From NCBI RefSeq assembly GCF_001194135.2, contig NC_068983.1, forward strand, positions 44,324,430-44,388,357: a DNA stretch of 63,928 bases. The letters run 5' to 3'. Shown here piece by piece: positions 50,875 to 61,680 of the stretch. Below the pieces are notes generated by a model. It saw only the letters and a list, made by a program, of their open reading frames with translations, had not been told where the DNA came from and made no database searches. Every line of letters begins with the position of its first letter. Positions within the stretch are counted from its first letter, which is position 1. The position numbers and the translations under genes were made by a program. Source of the DNA: Octopus bimaculoides. Lineage: Eukaryota.

Positions 50875-51449
50875 TATGCATGTATGTATGTATGTATGTA
50901 TGTACGTGACGAGCTTCTTTCAGTTTCCGTCAGCTACGTTCATTCACACTTTGGTCGGTTTGGAACAAAAGTAGAAGACATTTGCCCAAGTGTCCGCACC
51001 ATGGGACTGAACCGAAGGCCACATGGCTGGAAAGCAAACTTCTTAACTACACAGCCATGTACAATCGCACCCACCCTCCATGCGCTCAAACACCCACTCC
51101 CGTTAAAAAATACTAAAATCCAAACTCCATTTAAAATCACAGGCTCCTGTCTCCAATTTTTTGATCCTGTATCATATAAGTTTCAAATTTTGGCACAAGG
51201 CCAGCAAATTCGGGGAGAGAGAAGTCGAATACATCGACCCTAGTATGTACGTATGCATGTATAACTGCATGTTTGCATGTATAACTGCATGTATGCATGT
51301 ATGACTGGTACTTATTTTATCAACCTCTAAAGGATGAAAGGCAATGTCGATTTCAGTGGAATTTGAACCCAGAACGTAAAGATGGATGAAATGCCGCTAA
51401 GCATTTTGCCCGGCATAGTTCGTCGCCTTAATAATAGTAATATTCCAGT

Positions 51450-51650
51450 AATGTTTAGCACACTAGGCAAAATGCTTAGCGGTATTTCGTCTGTCGCTAC
51501 GTTCAGAGTTCAAATTCCGCCTCGGTCGAATTTGCCTTTCATCCTTTCGGGATCGATAAATTAAGTACCAGTTGCGTACTGGGTCGATCTAATCGACTGG
51601 CCCCCTTCCCAAAAAATTTCGGGCGCTGTGCCTTGAGTAGAAAAGAATAT
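51450..51650 (+). mobile_element. tRNA-derived SINE 'family C' (GGCGGCGAGCTGGCAGAA head; GGTCGACTTTGCCTTTCATCCTTTCGGGGTCGATAAA core)
   Basis: About 18 copies, e.g. 8690-8905(-), 12590-12800(-), 20665-20830(-), 32480-32700(+), 41815-42010(-), 51180-51430(-), 51675-51865(+), 52755-52965(-), 53433-53630(+), 62290-62520(-), 63247-63400(-). Confidence 0.8.
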
Positions 51651-51919
51651 TCCAGTAATATTTTTTAGTGATTTAGGCAGCAAGCTGGCAAAATCGTTAG
51701 CACTCCGAGCAAAATGCTTAGCGGTATTTCGTCTGTCTTTACGTCGAGGTCGACTTTGCCTTTCATCCTTTCAGGGTCGATAAATTAAGTACCAGATGAA
51801 TACCGATCTAATCGACTGGCTCCCTCCCCCAAAATTTCGGGCCTTATGCCTTGAGTAGAAAAGATTCCGCCAGTTCACCGCCTTAATCTCATATCACATA
51901 AATACCACGTCGGACCTCC

Positions 51920-52740
51920 GTACAGTATTAAAAATGTCGTCACTATTAGGCTGTTCAATATGGAACTAACACGCTTACGTGTTGTACACCTGTGCGCCGT
52001 GCATACATTTTAACATGTTAGCAGCTGCCATAGTGTTAATACTGAGTAAAAATATATTTCAGTTTTGTACCTTTGTCATCATTACGAAACACTTTAATAC
52101 CAAAACTGAGTTCAGAAAGGCGAAATTGAACCTTTGATCACCGGAAGGCTAATATCCATACCGACAAGTTGCAAAGGCTCTCAATATACATATTTTTACC
52201 ATTTATTGTGTGCAGCATCACATCAAGGTACTGGGACTGCAAGTTGACCGTCCCACGATCAGGAAGACCTGATGTTACCACAGCCAGACAAGTCTCGTAT
52301 ATTGGTTTCAAATCTGGGTACAAGGCAGAAGAAATGCCGCTAAGTATTATGCCCGGTGCGCCAACGATTCTGCCAGCTCGCCGCCTTAGGCGAGATCAGT
52401 ATATTGAGAGAGGATATTTGTAGAATTTTGTTCCAGCCAACTACAGACATAGCTCCACAATTACTTGGACTTATAGCAGCATAACTTGGGGAAACAATGG
52501 AGCGGTTTTTCCCGAGTAACACTTTATGGGGGCGGCAATTTTAGGTCTGCTGTATAACCCTATATAGAGGATGGAAAGGCGGAATGGAGCACTAAACTTA
52601 AGGACTGTCCGAGCCAGCACACAGTCTATTTATGCCACTGCATATACAACGCATAAACAACCCTGTCTGGATTAATTTAGGGACTGCAGGCCAGAATATT
52701 CCACCAAATGGAAGATCTCCTGAAATGAAGTGAGAAGTCA
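51920..52740 (+). mobile_element. Decayed Tc1/mariner transposase, interrupted by a SINE at about 52321-52390
   Basis: Frameshifted translation from 52097: (I)PKLSSERRN...RQVAKALNIHIFTIY...TGTASDRPRSGRPDVTTARQVSYI, typical of the Tc1 paired-HTH region. A later GRSPEMK resembles WPARSPDLNP. Possible TA|CAGT start near 51920. Confidence 0.6.
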
Positions 52741-53662
52741 CTAAAAATATTGATTTCAAATTTTAGCATAAGGTCAGCAATTTCGGAGTCGGGGACAAAT
52801 CGATAACATCGAGTTCAGTGCTCGACTGCTACTTATTTTATCGAATCCGAAAGGATGAAAGGCAAAGTCGACCTCGGCGGAATTTGAACTCAGAATGTGA
52901 AGACAGACGAAATGCTACTAAGCATTTTGCCTGGCATGCTAACGATTCTGCCAGCTTGCCGCCTAAATCACTAAAAAATGTTACTGGAAGGCTCATAGTA
53001 GTTGTAGTTCAGAGATCTGCCAAGTGTTAAATCCGGTTCTGCTATCTGGAATCATCTCCATGAGAATAGACTGGCTAACAGGCATTTTCAACGAGGTGGA
53101 GTCCTTATAGAAAAAAACATCGATAGATCAGACAACAAAAGTGGACACAAACCAGAATAAACAGCTGTATGTAGCAGTGAGACGTACTATATTGTTGAAC
53201 GAGAACAGTTTTTTGTAGTTTGACATTTTAAACGTCTCTAGAAAGAGTTTTTGAACTCAGTATATTAGTGTTTCTCAAAGGGTATGATGTCGGGAGGGAC
53301 TCTAAGGGGGATCGAACAATTTGCCCTGCTTAATAAAATTCAAATGGTTTTAAACTGTCTTCCACTGTGGAGAAGATAAAAAGAAGTACATGGTTGCAAA
53401 ATCTACTCTGACATATTAAGAAATAGAAAGAAGGCAGCGAGCTGGCAGAATGCTCAGCGGCTATTTCTTCCTGCTCTTTGCTTTCCGAGTTCGAATTCCG
53501 TCGAGGTCGACTTTGCCTTTTTATCCTTTCGGGGGTCAATGGAATAAGTACCAGTTTAGCACTGGAGTCGGTGTAATCGACTAACTCCCTCCCACAAAAT
53601 TTCAAACTTTGTGCCATCGTAGAAAGGATCAATTAATAGGATAAGAAAGACACCTACCCACC

Positions 53663-53998
53663 CTGGCCCGTTGCTAAACCCCTGCAACCCCTGCGGTCGC
53701 AGGGCGCCTCTGCGAGTGAGGGGCCCCATGTTAAGATCAAAGTACGTAGATGAGTCATCTGTTTACTTTGGTTAAGATGTTGAATAAGAATTAAACTATT
53801 TGTGATAAACCTAAATAAATTTTTAATTTGTACTTTTAAAAATGTTCTTTAAGAAAACGGGAAATATTGAACTTCAGGTAGAATAAACTAAAATATAATT
53901 ATGGATAAAAGGTGCGTAGATTATGAATTTTCATTGAAGGGATGGGGCCTCGAAACAAAAAGTTACAGGGGGCCTCTAAAAGTCACGCGACGGGGCTG
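53663..53998. mobile_element. hAT-type MITE with perfect 8-bp TSD
   Basis: TSD TACCCACC at 53655-53662 and 53999-54006; TIR CTGGCCCGTTGC / CAGCCCCGTCGC (9/12). Confidence 0.75.
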
Positions 53999-54126
53999 TA
54001 CCCACCCCAACTCCCCAAACATAATCACTAATATTAGAGAAGAATGTTTTCCTATTTGTCAGAAAATCTTAGCGATGTATTCAAATGCGAGCCCCAACGT
54101 AATGTACGTAATGTACGTAAATGTAG

Positions 54127-54297
54127 CAATGGTTCTCAACCCTCTTAATATCCAAAACTTTTTAGGGGGCCGCACCAAAGAAAGTAAAATTCAATTAAAG
54201 AAAAATTTATATTTATAGAGGGAAGACCATTAGGGAGCCGCTGGAAGGATACTTAAGGGCTGAATGCGGTTCTGGGAGTCACGGTTGAGAACCGCTG
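54127..54297. mobile_element. hAT-Charlie-like MITE
   Basis: TIR CAATGGTTCTCAACC / CAGCGGTTCTCAACC (13/15); flanks AAATGTAG / ATATATAG (6/8). Confidence 0.65.
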
Positions 54298-54721
54298 ATA
54301 TATAGACTGCTCCATTGAAGTACATTCCGTTGATTATATATTTTGCATGTAAAGGGGTCAGATGTTTGGAGCTTTCGTGCGTCCATTGACCTTCAGATGT
54401 TCAGGTCAAGCAACAGTTACATTTATCTTACCTGTCTAAGATTCTAGGTCTCATATAAAGGTCACCGGCCTACAAAGGTCATGGGCTTTGCAAAGGTCAC
54501 ATCTTCTCATCTATCAAATTTTTATACATACATACATACATACATACATACATACATACATACACACAGGCATACCTATATGTACACACTCATACATACG
54601 TACATACGTGAATACATATTGTATGTGTATATATATTTATATCTGATTGTATACATGTGTGTGTAGGTTTGTGTATGTTTGTGTGCGTGTGTGCGTATGT
54701 GCGTGTACAAATGTATATCGA

Positions 54722-54816
<95 letters not shown>

Positions 54817-55021
54817 GTTTTCTAATTCTTTTTATGCCTTTCAGCCATGCAGTGGCGGCAATGTTGGAGCACTACTATGCGTGGCTGTGTGGTTTCCCAA
54901 ACACATGGTTCTAGGTTGTCCTACTGTGTGGCACCTTGGGCGAGTTTCTTCTGTCAAAGCCTCTGGCCAACTAAAGTGGACTTTTATTGAATAAATAATC
55001 TTATGAACTTCATGTGTGTGC

Positions 55022-55075
<54 letters not shown>

Positions 55076-56167
55076 NNNNNNNNNNNNNNNNNNNNNNNNN
55101 NNNNNNNNNNNNNNNNNNNNNNNNNNNNNNNNNNNNNNNNNNNNNNNNNNNNNNNNNNNNNNNNNNNNNNNNNNNNNNNNNNNNNNNNNNNNNNNNNNNN
55201 NNNNNNNNNNNNNNNNNNNNNNNNNNNNNNNNNNNNNNNNNNNNNNNNNNNNNNNNNNNNNNNNNNNNNNNNNNNNNNNNNNNNNNNNNNNNNNNNNNNN
55301 NNNNNNNNNNNNNNNNNNNNNNNNNNNNNNNNNNNNNNNNNNNNNNNNNNNNNNNNNNNNNNNNNNNNNNNNNNNNNNNNNNNNNNNNNNNNNNNNNNNN
55401 NNNNNNNNNNNNNNNNNNNNNNNNNNNNNNNNNNNNNNNNNNNNNNNNNNNNNNNNNNNNNNNNNNNNNNNNNNNNNNNNNNNNNNNNNNNNNNNNNNNN
55501 NNNNNNNNNNNNNNNNNNNNNNNNNNNNNNNNNNNNNNNNNNNNNNNNNNNNNNNNNNNNNNNNNNNNNNNNNNNNNNNNNNNNNNNNNNNNNNNNNNNN
55601 NNNNNNNNNNNNNNNNNNNNNNNNNNNNNNNNNNNNNNNNNNNNNNNNNNNNNNNNNNNNNNNNNNNNNNNNNNNNNNNNNNTATATATATGACGATCGG
55701 TCAGGCTACATGAGACAATAGCCTGATCTTCCTCAAATCATATCTTAGTTTCTCATACAAAGGAATTCCACATTAGATAATATAGTATTAGATACACTAT
55801 TATTAAGCTTGAAAAGTAGGGATGGCCATGCTAGGACTGCTCGTTAAAAATTGTTGTTATTGTTATTTTCGTTGAGAGCCTTTTTCTCTCGTTTTCATTT
55901 ACCCTTATATTTATAATTAGTTAAATTATCATAATATTTTGTTGTAGATAGACCGACGTATCTTATTTCTTAATTGTCACTCTAAAAATATAGACATCTA
56001 AATAGCATTACAATATATAAACAAGAAGAAAATGTGGGGGTATTTTAATGTTCGGGGAGAAGAGAAAATAAGGGAGACGAGAAAGATGTGTGTCAGTCAG
56101 GTTTTTCTGTTAGCAAGCGTTAGTCGACCGCCAACGAGAAGCGGAGTCGAAACTGGAGCTCGCTCAC

Positions 56168-56250
56168 CTCTGACAGACCTGACCATATATGGTGGGTGAC
56201 AGGGTTAAACATTTACAGATTCGGAGTAGAGGGGAGGAATGATAAGGGAT
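56168..56250 (-). other. Candidate distal 5' exon of MPRIP (5' boundary unknown)
   Basis: CpG-rich patch (56090-56230) next to a long GA-rich tract; strong donor GAG|gtgagc at 56167; ATG GTC AGG TCT GTC AGA G ends in phase 1. Confidence 0.3.
56183..56192. promoter_or_regulatory. Perfect CArG box (SRF site) CCATATATGG
   Basis: Exact match to CC(A/T)6GG inside a CpG-rich patch. Single matches also arise by chance in AT-rich DNA. Confidence 0.3.
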
Positions 56251-56915
56251 AGAAAGAAACAGAGGGAGTGCGTGTGTGTGTGAAAAAGCGAGGGTGTGAA
56301 AGGGAGAGCGCGTGTGAAAGAAAGAAAGAGAAAAACCAGGAGAAATAGGGGTTGTATTTTATATAGAGAGGAAGAGGGAGAGACAGAGAAAGATACAGTG
56401 AGAGAGGGAAGTAGAGGTTGCTATATTATAGATCGGGAAAAAGAGGGAGACAGACAGACAGACAGAGAAAGATAGACAGAGAAAGAGAGAGAGAGATATA
56501 GACAGAGAGAAAGGAAGAGAGAGAAAGGAAGAGAGAGAAAAATAAGGGTTGCCATGTTATATAAATAAGGAGAAAGAGGGAGAAAGAGAAAGAGAGTGAG
56601 AGCAATAGGGTTGCATGTTATATAGAAAGGGAGAAGGAGTGAGAAAGAAAAATAAGGGAATAAAATGAGTATATATGTGTTTATTTATGTATATATTGAA
56701 GGAAGGAGAGATGGAATGAGTGTTGTATAGATTGAGAGGGTGAAACAGATGAGCAGAGGGAAGGACCGTAAATGATATATGTATATCGAGAGAGAGAGAT
56801 GGTGAGAAATGGAGAACAAGGGCTATAGAGCTATAAAAAGGGGAAGAGGAAAAAAGGAAAAAGGGAACGTAAATAATATAAGTAGAGGGTGAGAAAGAGA
56901 GAGTGGGGAGTTTTA

Positions 56916-56953
56916 GATAGATAGATAGATAGATAGATAGACAGATAGATAAT

Positions 56954-57004
<51 letters not shown>

Positions 57005-57073
57005 GAGGATGAGTGGGTTGTTAGGTAGGTAGGTAAGATAGATAGACAGATAGATAGACAGATNNNNNNNNNN

Positions 57074-57123
<50 letters not shown>

Positions 57124-57134
57124 TAGATAGATAA

Positions 57135-57190
<56 letters not shown>
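56916..57190 (+). repeat. (GATA)n tetranucleotide arrays, followed by (GA)n at about 57295-57367
   Basis: Directly visible. Confidence 0.95.
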
Positions 57191-57191
<1 letters not shown>

Positions 57192-57294
57192 GGGGGTGGA
57201 GTGAGTGATAAATAAAGGTAGTGGGTGATACAGGTAGAGGGAAAAGCGGAGAGAGAAAGGGAAATGGAGAATTAGAGAAATATATGTACAGAGA

Positions 57295-57373
<79 letters not shown>

Positions 57374-57550
57374 GGAGGGAAAGAGATAGACAGGAATAGG
57401 GAATGAAAGAGGTTTTTTTAGGGTTAGCGAGAAGGGAAAAAATTGGGAAGAAATGTTATTGAGGGTGTAGATGGAATCACATTATATTTTCATTTTTACT
57501 AATCATAATTTGTACTTACACACACACTCTTACATGTACAGATACATACA

Positions 57551-57688
57551 CACACTCACACAACCGCATGCATATACACAATCATTCACTTACACACACT
57601 CACACAACCGCATGCATATACACAATCATTCTCTTACACACACTCACACAACCGCATGCATATACACAATCATTCACTTACACACACT
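57551..57688 (+). repeat. 44-bp minisatellite, about 3.1 copies
   Basis: Unit CACACTCACACAACCGCATGCATATACACAATCATTCACTTACA starting at 57551, 57595 and 57639. Confidence 0.9.
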
Positions 57689-58036
57689 GGCACAATCGCG
57701 CTCACACACTTACACATACATACCTATACACACTAATACATCCACAGATATTCTCACTCACAACCACACACACACACACACACACTCTTACACATACACT
57801 CTCTCACCCTTTCTCCCTCCATCTCTTTCTTCCTCTCTTCCTCCTTCTCTCTCTCTCCCATACTTTGCGACATCTGATTCTAACTTACCTCATTTTTCAA
57901 TCCAAATTTCACCTAAATTTTCAAAACCGCTCAACTTGAAATGAATTTAATGAACAAAAAAAATATTTCTTTTCCTATTCGGTGTTTTTTTTCTATTTTT
58001 CATCTTTGGAAACATCTTTGCTAGTCGAAAATAAAA

Positions 58037-58102
58037 GTTCTTTTCATTATCATGTTAATTATTTAACGGTTCTTTTCATTATCATGTTAATTATTTAACG
58101 GT
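58037..58102 (+). repeat. Perfect 32-bp tandem duplication
   Basis: GTTCTTTTCATTATCATGTTAATTATTTAACG twice. Confidence 0.9.
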
Positions 58103-58734
58103 CCGTTTCTTTAAACAGTTGCTAGATTCAATTATTGAGAAAAGAAATTTAAAGAAAGAAAAAAAGAGAAGTTCTCTCTTTAATAGAACGTCTACTGCTG
58201 TTGTTTTTGTTGTTTGCACCTGTCTGGTAACTTCAACGTGGAGTGATTATTTTTGTATGTGTACCTGTTCGTGTCTGTATATGAAATGTGTGTTTGTGAG
58301 TACGTATGTGTGTGCGTGAGTTTGTATCTGAGTATGTGTATGCGTGTAGGGGGGGGGGGCGAGCGTATGAATGTGTATAACAGAGTAGGAGTGTGTGCGT
58401 GTGTGTGTGTGTGTGCATTTAAAATATTCTATTACATATTTTTTGGGCTCCTTTTCCTCATTGACTTTTCTTTCAGTCATTGGCTTGCGGTCATGCTGGG
58501 GCAGTGTCTAGAAGGAATCACTCGAACAAATCGATACCATTATTTATATTTTCTTGTTTACTTGTTTCGGTCTTAGACTGCGGCCATGATGGAGCATCGC
58601 CTTGAAGAATTTGTCAACGTATCGACCCCAGTACTTTTTTTAAAAAAACTCTGGTACTTATTTTATCGGTTCCTTTTTTCGCACCTCTAAATACACCAAC
58701 ACCAATTGTAAGCGGTGATGGGGGGGGGTCAAAG

Positions 58735-58766
<32 letters not shown>

Positions 58767-59137
58767 ACGCACACACTCAATTACCGTCTGCCAATCCACT
58801 CACATGGCTTTGGTCGGCCCAAAGCTATAGCAGAAGACACTTGGCTAAGGTGCAACACAGTGGAAGTGAACCTGGAATCATGTTGTTGGGAAGCAAGCTT
58901 CTTACCACACAGCCATGACGATACTTGTATATGTTTATAAATCTGGCACTTATTGCATAAAACAGGTTTTCACGCAGTTTTCATTTACCAAATTCTCTCA
59001 CAAAGCATTGGTTGATGGTCGTGGGCTCACATGGTGAAACCATCTAATAACAACTCCGTTTAGAAAGCTGGAATAATACATATATGTACCAGAAAGGAAA
59101 GAGAGAGACACAACCGAGTAGAATGTTTCAGAGAAGA

Positions 59138-59143
59138 TTTATT
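59138..59143 (-). terminator. Polyadenylation signal AATAAA of the orphan unit
   Basis: AATAAA about 140 nt after the stop, a CA dinucleotide about 14 nt later (59125-59124), then a GU/U-rich tract (GGTTGTGTCTCTCTCTTTCC). Confidence 0.4.
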
Positions 59144-59280
59144 GATAGGTTAACATGTGTGTCTGTGTGTGCATCATGTATACAGAATAATAGACTGGCC
59201 CTCATGCGTGTATAGGCATGTATGTATGCATGTGCATTAAGTATATATAAGAATAATAATGAAGAAGACAGTGAAAGTCT

Positions 59281-59697
59281 TTAACAAGAAGTTAGACGAA
59301 TGTTCATAGACACGAGAAATGAGAGTACCAGTTCGTAATCAATTGTACATGGTAGTTGAAATAAGGTATCAAGAAGTTGCGGCCATGATACTGAACCGAT
59401 TGCAGTACATGTCATACGAAGTTGTGGTTGTAATGCTGCTGCCTGGGTCACTTGGTGGAAGAGTTCTCGCAGGTTGTATATTCGCTGTTGACCCATGGAG
59501 AAGTAATTCACGAACAGTGCTATGTTGGAACCAGTGAGGTGTTGCTTGAGCTGTGTACGTGGAGAGATGATGTTGATGATGTTAAGAAGATGATGGTGGT
59601 GACGAAGAAAGAGATTGCCATAAAACTGTTGGGCAGGTGTTGTCGTCTGGCGTTGTTGCTGGAACTGACTGTGTCTTGTGTGGTCAGTGGTTAGACC
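59281..59697 (-). CDS. Orphan 138-codon open frame (first in-frame ATG at 59496), possibly death-domain-like
   Basis: Stop-free from GGT 59697 to TAA 59283-59281: ...TPAQQFYGNLFLRHHHHLLNIINIISPRTQLKQHLTGSNIALFVNYFSMGQQRIYNLRELFHQVTQAAALQPQLRMTCTAIGSVSWPQLLDTLFQLPCTIDYELVLSFLVSMNIRLTSC. The ORF track shows only the last 76 aa. Flanked by a TATA/CCAAT promoter and a poly(A) signal. Confidence 0.35.
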   Translation of the reverse strand, partial: GLTTDHTRHSQFQQQRQTTTPAQQFYGNLFLRHHHHLLNIINIISPRTQLKQHLTGSNIALFVNYFSMGQQRIYNLRELFHQVTQAAALQPQLRMTCTAIGSVSWPQLLDTLFQLPCTIDYELVLSFLVSMNIRLTSC

Positions 59698-59745
59698 TTA
59701 AAAGGTTTGAAACCAAAGATCTCGAGACAAGGAGAAACTGGGTTT

Positions 59746-59882
59746 TTTTTATAAGGAGCTGTAGGTTCAAACTGGGTTGAGAACAGGCTGTCTCATGTGA
59801 TCTTATTTAGGGCTCCAATTGGTTATACACTGCAGATTGGCACGACAGAGTAAGAGACAAATTGTGCTAATGCCAACCAATC
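59746..59882 (-). promoter_or_regulatory. TATA plus triple CCAAT Pol II promoter-like module
   Basis: TATAAAAA (minus strand, 59753-59746); CCAAT/ATTGG at 59815-59822 (palindromic CCAATTGG), 59836-59840 and 59877-59881 (AACCAATCAG). Confidence 0.45.
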
Positions 59883-59927
59883 AGAGTAGTGGACACAATG
59901 GAGTCCAAATAGTGGCTAAAGGCTAGC

Positions 59928-59961
59928 TGTTATCTACTACATTCAAATGCAGTAGATAACA
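59928..59961. repeat. 34-bp hairpin TGTTATCTACT-ACATTCAAATGC-AGTAGATAACA
   Basis: Perfect 11-bp stem plus an inner CATT/AATG pair. Confidence 0.85.
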
Positions 59962-59963
59962 TG

Positions 59964-60081
59964 TCCTCACTTGGCTTGCCAGGTCTTCTCAAGTACAACA
60001 TATCTCCAAAGGTCTCAATCACTTGTCATTGCTTCGATGAGGCTCAACATTTGAAGGTTGTGCTTCACCACCTCATCCCAG
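59964..60081 (-). mobile_element. RTE LINE RT C-terminal fragment
   Basis: WDEVVKHNLQMLSLIEAMTSD*DLWRYVVLEKTWQAK*; same family as 37171-37794. Confidence 0.75.
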
Positions 60082-60717
60082 TTGCAATGATTAACTACAG
60101 ATTATCATAGTTTGATTTGAGTGAGATTTGCCTACTATTTCTAGCAAGTCAAGCAACCACATAAACACTCTCTACCTTGCTCACAGATTGGGTCATGACA
60201 TTAGCAGAAGTGGTTTTAAATGCTCCACAAACACAGAAAGGTTTTGAGTGAAAAATTCAATTCATAAAGTATCTCTCTTAGTAAAAAAAGACAAAAAAAA
60301 AACAAAAACAAAACAAAAAACGGAAAATACAAGACTCATAAAACATAAAATGTGAAATGGTCCCAGCATCTTTGTGAGAGCATGTTATATAACTTGAAGG
60401 AATGCAGGATTAAAGAGAAGGAAATGCTTATAATACTTGAGTTTCCCAAGTGGTCACTCGTCAAACTACTAACCAAATTGAAGGCTACTTATCTTCAACA
60501 AGAGGCAATCAATTTGTTTTTTTTTTAAACTGATGTCATTTGTATGATAAACTAGTGTTGTTCATAAGCTCTGAAACAAACTCAGTTGACTGACAAACAT
60601 GTTTGTTATTCATAAAAAAAACAGCAATATTGCACGTTTTGTATAAATATGACTGTGAAATCATATAAAATATGTTTTATAAATATATAGGTCCAAGTAT
60701 GGCCATGTGGTTTAGAA

Positions 60718-61002
60718 CAGGGGTTTTCAAACTTTTTGACTTGCGGACCCCTTTATATTTCAGGCTTTACCTTAGGGAGCCCCTTATAAATGCTTATGAA
60801 ATTTATACATAAATATTTGCTTAAAATAACATATTTTTACATTTATTTATTTAACAAATAGATTTATTGTCAATTAAAAGATTTCAATTAAAAAACATAT
60901 ATAAAATCAAATTGCCCATAAAAAGTATTTGCTGTCCACGGACACCCTGTCTTGTCCTTGTGGACCCCCTGTAATCCGCGGACCACAGTTTGAAAACCCC
61001 TG
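60718..61002. mobile_element. hAT-Charlie-like MITE inserted into a SINE tRNA head
   Basis: Perfect 16-bp TIR CAGGGGTTTTCAAACT; perfect TSD GTTTAGAA; the SINE head resumes after 61010. Confidence 0.9.
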
Positions 61003-61680
61003 GTTTAGAAGCTTGTTTCACAATCACATGGTTTGGGGTTCAGTCCCACTTCATGGCACCTTCAGCCTATTTACCAAATTCACACACAAAGTTGACCAGT
61101 GTCTTGTGAGTGAATTTGGTAGATAGAGACTGTGTGTGGAAGCCCATCATGTATACATACATACATACATACATACATACATGTTGACACCACCAGATTG
61201 AATGGTACTGCTCAGGTGTCAAGACTATAGTGATATCTGTTTGGCAGCTGATGATGGGAATGCACAGATGTTATGCTCAACTACGAATTTCTTATGTCTT
61301 AGTTTTGTTTTCCTGAGTAAAGTGATTCTGGTAAAGTGAAAAGTGCTTATGGGCCCATGATTTGTAGAGATTGTTTACATTGCTATTGGTGGGTTTTTTT
61401 TTTCATTGATAATCTTATCAAGCTTATTGGAGTCTAGTTTTAGGGAGTTTCTGTAGCATACACACACACATCATCATCATCATCATCATCATCATCTTTA
61501 TCATGATCATCGTTTTTACGTCTACTTTTCCATGCTCACGTGGCTTGGACAAAATTCACTGAGGCAGATTATTTTCCATGGTCTGATGCCCTTTCTGTTT
61601 CCAATATCACCAGCTTTCATGACCAAACGTGTTTTCATGGGATATCGTAAATGAAGGATGTTCTTGTCAATGATGGTGAT

